DNA of 64,000 nucleotides, from positions 12,337 through 76,336 of the forward strand of contig CAYLKS010000003.1 in assembly GCA_964384205.1 (NCBI GenBank). Reading direction: 5' to 3'. The notes beneath the pieces were generated by a model, which saw only the letters and a list, made by a program, of their open reading frames with translations, was not told the DNA's origin and did not search any database. Numbering within the stretch: the stretch's first letter is position 1; the number at the start of each line of letters is the position of its first letter. This stretch comes from an uncultured bacterium (GTDB lineage: Bacteria; JAGOEH01; CAYLKS01). This document shows positions 58,347 to 64,000 of the stretch, one piece after another. Position numbers and translations under genes: made by a program.

Positions 58347-58889
58347 TTATTTTTTATCTTCTAAAATATGAATTTTATCTAAGTTATTCTCAATTAAAGT
58401 AATATCATCTATTGTAAATTCATCTTCTAAATAATAAGTAGTATCAACATCACTAAAATCATAAACAAGATCATCAAAATAAAAAGAATTATCATTCATC
58501 TTAGCTGTTTGCAAGATATCATACAAATAAACATCAAGATCTATATTATTAGTAGTATGTTTATTAAAAGAAAAATAAGAAAACATAATAACCATAATAA
58601 TAAAAACTGAAAACACTATTGCAGGCTTTAAAATTTTTGTCCTCTCAACTACCCTATTACCAATATGTTCTATAATATGTTCCGGTAACTTTTCAAAAAA
58701 TTCCTCATCAGGAAAATCTATTTTTTCTTTTTCTACTACTTCTCTTATAGAATTTAAATCTTCAAATTCTTTAGCACAAATACTACATATAGCTAAATGT
58801 TCCTGTATTTCTTTTTGTTTTTCCTCTGATAGGTCCTCAGGAGAAAATACAAAAATTTTTATGTAATCGAAAAAATTACAATTTTTCAT
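58347..58889 (-). CDS. Zinc-finger (ZAS) anti-sigma factor
   Basis: EHLAICSIC (HxxxCxxC), single TM, follows the ECF sigma with overlap. Confidence 0.85.
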   Translation of the reverse strand: MKNCNFFDYIKIFVFSPEDLSEEKQKEIQEHLAICSICAKEFEDLNSIREVVEKEKIDFPDEEFFEKLPEHIIEHIGNRVVERTKILKPAIVFSVFIIMVIMFSYFSFNKHTTNNIDLDVYLYDILQTAKMNDNSFYFDDLVYDFSDVDTTYYLEDEFTIDDITLIENNLDKIHILEDKK

Positions 58890-59397
58890 AATTTATCTCC
58901 ATATATTTTTTTACTTTTTTCAAAGCTTGAAAAAAATTAGATCTCGCTGCTCCTGATGTAATGCTAAAAATTTCACCAATCTCATTAAAAGATAAATTAT
59001 CATAAGCTCTACTCAGAAAAATTGCCTTCTGCTTTGGCGGAAGTTTCTCTACTGCTTTATTTAAAATATCTATTTTTTCCCTATTAATCAAATTATCAAC
59101 AATATTATTATTCTTCGACGCAAAAAAATTAATAAAACTGTCAAAAGGAATGATATTCATTAATTTTTTCTTTCTCAAATAAGAAATAGATTTATTAACT
59201 GCAATTCTATAAAAATAAGTATACATTTTCGATTTTCCTTCAAAATTTTTTAAATTACGATAACCATCAAATAGAGTATCCTGTAATATATCAACTGCAA
59301 CTTCTTTATCATTAACCATCTTATATATAATTATATATAATCTTTTCTCATATTTTTTAATAAACTCTTTAAATTCTTTTTCTAATATATTAGTCAT
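58876..59397 (-). CDS. ECF RNA polymerase sigma factor
   Basis: AVDILQDT, FEGKS..YTYFYRIAVN (region 2); LPPKQKAIF...LSFNEIGEI...ARSNFFQA (region 4). Confidence 0.95.
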   Translation of the reverse strand: MTNILEKEFKEFIKKYEKRLYIIIYKMVNDKEVAVDILQDTLFDGYRNLKNFEGKSKMYTYFYRIAVNKSISYLRKKKLMNIIPFDSFINFFASKNNNIVDNLINREKIDILNKAVEKLPPKQKAIFLSRAYDNLSFNEIGEIFSITSGAARSNFFQALKKVKKYMEINYEKL

Positions 59398-59418
59398 AAT
59401 TTATAAAAATTCGTTTAA
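59378..59418 (-). promoter_or_regulatory. ECF-type promoter motif, copy 2 (overlaps sigma start codon)
   Basis: TTAAAC-17-GACTAATATATTAGAAA; the G of GACTAA is the G of ATG 59397. Confidence 0.45.
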
Positions 59419-59450
59419 TAAAAAATAAAAAAATATATAAAAAAAGCAAT

Positions 59451-59490
59451 AAAAAAAGGAGTGTAAACAATAGATTACACTCCTTTTTTT
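59451..59490. terminator. Intrinsic terminator after the Spy/ZraP-like gene
   Basis: 16-bp inverted repeat AAAAAAAGGAGTGTAA / TTACACTCCTTTTTTT, 8-nt loop. Confidence 0.85.
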
Positions 59491-59510
59491 ACTTTCAATT
59501 AGATTATAAC

Positions 59511-60032
59511 TTATCTATCCATTCGTGGCATACCTCTATTCATTTTCAAATCTTTTAAATTTTTACGTTGTTCTGCTGTTAACACACTATACATTTCAAG
59601 TTTTGTTTTAAAATTCAACTCTTCCATTTGGCTCTTTAATTGCAAAATCTTTTTATTAAGAGAAAGTAAGTCTTGTTTATTAAAATTGTCATCAAGCATC
59701 ATTTGTTTCATTTTCAATCCCAAATGCTGCATTTTAGCTTTTAAATCGATTAATTCTTCTTTTGCTTTAAAATCCAAATCTCTAATTTTTTGTAATTGAC
59801 TATCTGTTAATTTTATTTCTTCAGCTACTCTTTGATAAAACATATAACCCAGGAAAATCCCCTTCTTATATTTCATCATACGCATATCTTTATCCATATG
59901 ACCTTTACCCATCATACAATTCATATCCATTCTTTTAACAGGTTTGTCATCCATCTTAGGCCTCATCTGAGCATTAATTGATACTACACAAATTAAAAAA
60001 GCAACAACCGTTAAAGTGATTAACTTTTTCAT
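59511..60032 (-). CDS. Spy/CpxP/ZraP-family periplasmic protein, Met/His-rich N-terminus
   Basis: Signal peptide, Met-rich segment, IKLTDSQ and VLTAEQR; SD AAGGAGG. Confidence 0.8.
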   Translation of the reverse strand: MKKLITLTVVAFLICVVSINAQMRPKMDDKPVKRMDMNCMMGKGHMDKDMRMMKYKKGIFLGYMFYQRVAEEIKLTDSQLQKIRDLDFKAKEELIDLKAKMQHLGLKMKQMMLDDNFNKQDLLSLNKKILQLKSQMEELNFKTKLEMYSVLTAEQRKNLKDLKMNRGMPRMDR

Positions 60033-60053
60033 TTTATCCTCCTTGTTTTTTTT

Positions 60054-60094
60054 CTTTCTGATATATTAGACTAAAAATTAAAAAAAATGTTTAA
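60054..60094 (-). promoter_or_regulatory. ECF-type promoter motif, copy 1
   Basis: TTAAAC-17-GTCTAATATATCAGAAA, i.e. AAC-N18-TCTAA spacing as in RpoE/AlgU-type promoters. Confidence 0.6.
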
Positions 60095-60105
60095 AGAAAA
60101 ATATA

Positions 60106-60936
60106 TTAAATAAAAAAAAGTAACAGCCCCAAAAACATAAATATCTTAAATATTCTTAAAGCAAAAAATAAACTATTTTCCTCAAAATGTTTTTTAAAAA
60201 CAATATAAGAAAAAATAAAGATGGGGAAAATTACCAGCACTAACATAAAGATTAAAAGCATTATATTCTGCTGATAAAAAAAATAAAAATAAAAAATGGC
60301 AATTAAAAGCACTAATAAAAAAGCATTAGCAATCAGCCAGGCACGTTTTTTACCTAATTTTACAGGCAAAGTGAAAATATTATTCCTTTTATCGCCATCA
60401 AAATCATAAATATCCTTCATAATTTCCCTGAAAATTGAAATAAAAAATGCAAAAAGGGCCATTGGTATAGCTGAAACAAAAGAATTAACTGCAAGTCCTC
60501 CACATAAAAAAGCAAAAGCAACATTGATTGCAACAGTAAAATTTTTTATAAAAATAATCCGCTTAAAAATAGGTGTATAAAAAAATGAAATAATTACTGC
60601 TAAAAAAACAATAATATTAATTTTCCAGTTCAAAAAACTCGATATAAAAAAACTCAAAAAAAATAAAAATATAGAAATATACAATGCAAAAACAGGGGAT
60701 ATCTTATTTGATGGCAAAGGCCTTTGCGGCCTATTTATCATATCTATTTCCAGATCAAAATAATCATTAATAATATTAGCAGATAATGTTACTATTAAAG
60801 AAACTATTGAAATTAAAATCAATTCTCTATTAATATGAAAATTACTACCAGCACTAAAAGCGCCTGCAAAAACACACAAAAAAACCATTAACCCATTAAA
60901 AGGTCTGGTCAATCTTATAAAATCAAAAACCTTCAT
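60106..60936 (-). CDS. UbiA prenyltransferase, DGGGP-synthase-like
   Basis: LTRPFNG, NIINDYFDLEIDMINRPQRPLPS, REIMKDIYDFDGD. Confidence 0.8.
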   Translation of the reverse strand: MKVFDFIRLTRPFNGLMVFLCVFAGAFSAGSNFHINRELILISIVSLIVTLSANIINDYFDLEIDMINRPQRPLPSNKISPVFALYISIFLFFLSFFISSFLNWKINIIVFLAVIISFFYTPIFKRIIFIKNFTVAINVAFAFLCGGLAVNSFVSAIPMALFAFFISIFREIMKDIYDFDGDKRNNIFTLPVKLGKKRAWLIANAFLLVLLIAIFYFYFFYQQNIMLLIFMLVLVIFPIFIFSYIVFKKHFEENSLFFALRIFKIFMFLGLLLFFI

Positions 60937-61883
60937 ATCCGATCTTTTGTAAAAATTTTAGGGTAAATAATTCCAAATCTTCTCTTATAATATAACCTAC
61001 TTAATAAAACTATAAATATAATAATCAATATAAAAAAAGGAAATAATATACCTACAATTAAAGTAATTGATGCTGTACAAAGTCTAACAGCTTTTAAAAA
61101 ATAATGTACTTCTTTTTTATAAAAAACTATAATAAAAAAATATAAAGATAACAAAATTGGTAGCAAAGCGATAATATCTTTATTTATAATACCAAAAGTA
61201 ATAGACAATATTAATAATATTAATCCTAAAATTATAGTTTTATCTACCCCCAGATATACACCTGTTGTTATATTGCCTGTTTTTTTATCTCCCTCAATAT
61301 CAGGTATAGTAGTGTACAAAAAAACAACACCTGTCATAAAAATATATGGTAGTGAAATAACTAATAAATTATAAATATTATGAGAATATAAGCAATAACC
61401 TATACCAATATTTAAGAAACCATTACCAAAGGCATTGGAGAATAAATCAAAAAATGGCCTACCCTTAAAATGAAAAGGATAGGCCGAATATAAAAAACTT
61501 AATATAACTAAAGCAATAGTAAATAATTTAACATGGAAATTTTGGTTATAAAGTAAAAAAAACAATAATAAATACAATACAAAAACAAAAATCCAGGAAG
61601 ACGTTACACTAATATAACCATCTGATAACAAAAATAACTTTCTATTAATCTTATCTGTTTCAATATCATAAATCTGATTAATTATGTAAGCAGTACCACC
61701 CACAATCGAAACTATCAAGAATCCCTTGATTAGCTGCCAGTTTGGGAAAAACATAATATCAAATTTGCCCTTATTCAGTAAAATAGCATGGTAAACTCCA
61801 ATAAGATAAAAAAACCATACTGGAATTAACACAATAGGTCTTAAAAGAAAAAAATAATCTAAAATTTTTACTAATTGCCTCAT
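60933..61883 (-). CDS. UbiA family prenyltransferase (second, divergent)
   Basis: LLRP, YIINQIYDIETDKIN, YSAYPFHFK.RP, TIPDIEGDKKTG; multi-TM. Confidence 0.8.
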   Translation of the reverse strand: MRQLVKILDYFFLLRPIVLIPVWFFYLIGVYHAILLNKGKFDIMFFPNWQLIKGFLIVSIVGGTAYIINQIYDIETDKINRKLFLLSDGYISVTSSWIFVFVLYLLLFFLLYNQNFHVKLFTIALVILSFLYSAYPFHFKGRPFFDLFSNAFGNGFLNIGIGYCLYSHNIYNLLVISLPYIFMTGVVFLYTTIPDIEGDKKTGNITTGVYLGVDKTIILGLILLILSITFGIINKDIIALLPILLSLYFFIIVFYKKEVHYFLKAVRLCTASITLIVGILFPFFILIIIFIVLLSRLYYKRRFGIIYPKIFTKDRI

Positions 61884-61887
61884 AAGA

Positions 61888-62505
61888 TTATTTTTTAATT
61901 AAATAAACCTTCATTTCAATTTTTTCTATTGGATTATCTCTCTCATCTGTTTTCTGTTGAGCAATTTTCTCAACAACATCCATGCCTGCGATAACTTTTG
62001 CAAATACAGTATAATTACCGTCTAACATAGGTAAATCTCTAAGACAAATATAAAATTGGCTTCCATTAGATTCTTTTTGAGGATTGACATTATCAGGCAT
62101 TCTGGCAGCACCAACATAACCTTTTAAATGCTTTGCTTTTATTTCAGCAGGAATTGTATAACCAGGTCCTCCTGTACCATCATTTGCTCTATCATCATCT
62201 TTACTTAAAGGGTCTCCGCCCTGTATAACAAAATTCGGCACTACTCTATGAAAAGTAGTCCCATTAAAAAAACCTTCTTTTGCTAATTTTTTAAAATTTT
62301 CTACATGTTTTGGAGCATCATTTTCTAAAAAATCCAAATAAATTTTACCAAATTTTGTTTCAATTACTGCAATCTCTCTACCTTTAGGAAGATTCAATTC
62401 TTCTTTTTTTGCTGTTTCTTCTGTAGATTTTTTTTCAGATTTTTTACCACAAAATGAAAAAGCCAATGCAAAAATTACCAGTAAAAATAATACTCTCTTA
62501 AACAT
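61888..62505 (-). CDS. Cyclophilin-type peptidyl-prolyl isomerase, lipoprotein (start revised to ATG 62505)
   Basis: SD AAAGGAGG, lipobox-like FSFC, APKHVENF, FHRVVPNFVIQGGDP, NGSQFYI, LDGNYTVF. Confidence 0.93.
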   Translation of the reverse strand: MFKRVLFLLVIFALAFSFCGKKSEKKSTEETAKKEELNLPKGREIAVIETKFGKIYLDFLENDAPKHVENFKKLAKEGFFNGTTFHRVVPNFVIQGGDPLSKDDDRANDGTGGPGYTIPAEIKAKHLKGYVGAARMPDNVNPQKESNGSQFYICLRDLPMLDGNYTVFAKVIAGMDVVEKIAQQKTDERDNPIEKIEMKVYLIKK

Positions 62506-62527
62506 AAAACCTCCTTTTTTTATAAAA

Positions 62528-63055
62528 CTAATCCATTGCTCCAACAAACGGCAAATTCCTCAAATAACCTTTATAATCAAGTCCATAACCTACTACAAAT
62601 CTATTAGGTATTTTGAATCCATGATAATCAATTGGAACTTCAATTACCCTTGCATCTACTTTATCCAACAACACACACACCTTTAATGCCTTAGGATTTC
62701 TTATCTTAAAATTATTAATTAAATAATGTAAACTTCTTCCTGTATCCACAATATCCTCAACAATAATTACATTCTTTCCTTCTATATTCGATTTTAAATC
62801 CTTGATCAGACGAACTACTCCACTTGAAAATTTTTCATCTCCATAACTCGATATTTCTATAGTGTCATATTGCAAAGGTACATCTATCTCTCTTATCAAA
62901 TCAGCTAAAAAGATAAGACCACCTCGTAAAATACTTACTAAAAAAACTTCATCTCCTTTAAAATCTTCAGAAATTTTTCTACCAATTTCTTTCACTTTTT
63001 CTTTAATTTGATCTTCTGTAATTAAAATTTCTTTAATTGGAGGTATATCTATCAT
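62528..63055 (-). CDS. hpt: Hypoxanthine phosphoribosyltransferase
   Basis: ILRGGLIF, ISSYG, IVEDIVDTGRSL, LLDK, FVVGYGLDY...RNLP. Confidence 0.97.
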   Translation of the reverse strand: MIDIPPIKEILITEDQIKEKVKEIGRKISEDFKGDEVFLVSILRGGLIFLADLIREIDVPLQYDTIEISSYGDEKFSSGVVRLIKDLKSNIEGKNVIIVEDIVDTGRSLHYLINNFKIRNPKALKVCVLLDKVDARVIEVPIDYHGFKIPNRFVVGYGLDYKGYLRNLPFVGAMD

Positions 63056-64000
63056 ATTTCCTTCTTTGTAAAAAAATTAAACACTTCTGGTAAAAAATCA
63101 ATCAAATCTTTTGAAGTAACAGAATATTTTGACAACTTCTCTCCTGCAATCTCACCAGCTATTCCATGAATATACATAGCTGTTTTTGCTGATTCCACCA
63201 AATCAAAATTTTGAGCAGTAATTCCAGCAATAATTCCAGTTAAAACATCCCCAGAACCAGCGGTAGCCAGAGAATCATCTCCTGATGAATTCAAATAAAC
63301 ATTGCCATTATAATCTACAATAAACGACGGCATAACTTTCAACAATATATTAATTTTGTATTCTAATGATATTTTTCTAACAATTTCAACCGGATTCTTC
63401 AAAATCTCTGCAATTCCCATACCTGTCAATTTAGAAAATTCCCCTGGATGAGGAGTTATAATAGTCATTTCATTACACCTGTCTTTCAACCACTCAAGAT
63501 TTAAATTATAAATTGCATCAGCATCTAAAATCAATTTACCATTCCAATTTTCAAGTATAAATTTCAAAACATCTCTTACAATATTATCCCTGCCAAAACC
63601 AGGCCCTGCAACAAGCACATCACTCCATTTTGTTATATTTTCCCACTCTCTATAAATATCCAAAAAAGACTCAAGTCCAATTGTCATAATCTGAGGATGT
63701 GAACTAAAACTCACATTTGCAGCATCTTTTAATGTATACCACTTAACAAGACCTGCACCAGATCTCAATGTAGAACTGGAGGCAAGCAACCCTGCCCCAA
63801 ACATCCCATGATTGCCAGCAATAATACTAACTTTTCCATAATTCCCTTTATGGAAATAATCCTTTCTTTCAGGAAAAAAGATTTCATCATCTTCTAAAGA
63901 ATACATATAAATATCAACATCCGATAGTACTTCCTCTGGAATAGAAATATCAACAACGAATATATCTCCTGTATATAATTCCGAAGGATGAAAGATCATT
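63052..64000 (-). CDS. nnr: NAD(P)HX dehydratase (C-terminal part of probable bifunctional Nnr), 5' end beyond window
   Basis: HKGNYGKV..IAG, GAGLV, GPGFG, DADA, TPHPGEF, LATAGSGDVLTG. Confidence 0.93.
   Translation of the reverse strand, partial: MIFHPSELYTGDIFVVDISIPEEVLSDVDIYMYSLEDDEIFFPERKDYFHKGNYGKVSIIAGNHGMFGAGLLASSSTLRSGAGLVKWYTLKDAANVSFSSHPQIMTIGLESFLDIYREWENITKWSDVLVAGPGFGRDNIVRDVLKFILENWNGKLILDADAIYNLNLEWLKDRCNEMTIITPHPGEFSKLTGMGIAEILKNPVEIVRKISLEYKINILLKVMPSFIVDYNGNVYLNSSGDDSLATAGSGDVLTGIIAGITAQNFDLVESAKTAMYIHGIAGEIAGEKLSKYSVTSKDLIDFLPEVFNFFTKKEI

Noticed and set aside
1-64000. tRNA, rRNA, CRISPR, IS/integrase, prophage or recoded stop codons
   Set aside because: No cloverleaf, rRNA-like tract, repeat-spacer array or recombinase motif seen; conserved genes read intact in the standard code. 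The baseplate-like motifs lie inside a signal-peptide protein without other phage genes.

Overview
Very AT-rich, densely coding chromosomal segment from a diderm bacterium. It carries LPS-pathway genes (lpxK, an LpxL-family acyltransferase, two GT9 heptosyltransferases), FadL and AsmA-family proteins. A secreted protein with a Por/FlgD-type C-terminal sorting domain and a DGGGP-synthase-like UbiA point to an FCB-related lineage (inference). Most genes are housekeeping: aspS, Ktr/Trk, upp, ansA, rsmB, secDF, rpmB, a stripped-down dcw cluster, hpt and nnr. I saw no rRNA, tRNA, CRISPR array, transposase or integrase. Strongest second-look items: (1) a 1219-aa secreted protein with two segments resembling contractile-injection/phage baseplate wedge domains inside a beta-propeller, plus cohesin-like, dockerin-like and sorting domains; (2) two unlinked minus-strand intergenic elements sharing TTGACT-N4-CCTCCC upstream of an 11-bp/7-nt C-rich-loop hairpin, a candidate anti-Shine-Dalgarno sRNA family; (3) a duplicated ECF-type promoter motif whose second copy overlaps the sigma gene's own start codon; (4) an acetate-kinase homologue with rewritten nucleotide-binding loops; (5) an anSME with a SurA-N-like extension; (6) a STAS-like gene inserted in a dcw cluster lacking most mur genes; (7) tandem UbiA prenyltransferases; (8) several apparently leaderless genes. 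All protein family calls come from motif recognition by eye, not database searches.
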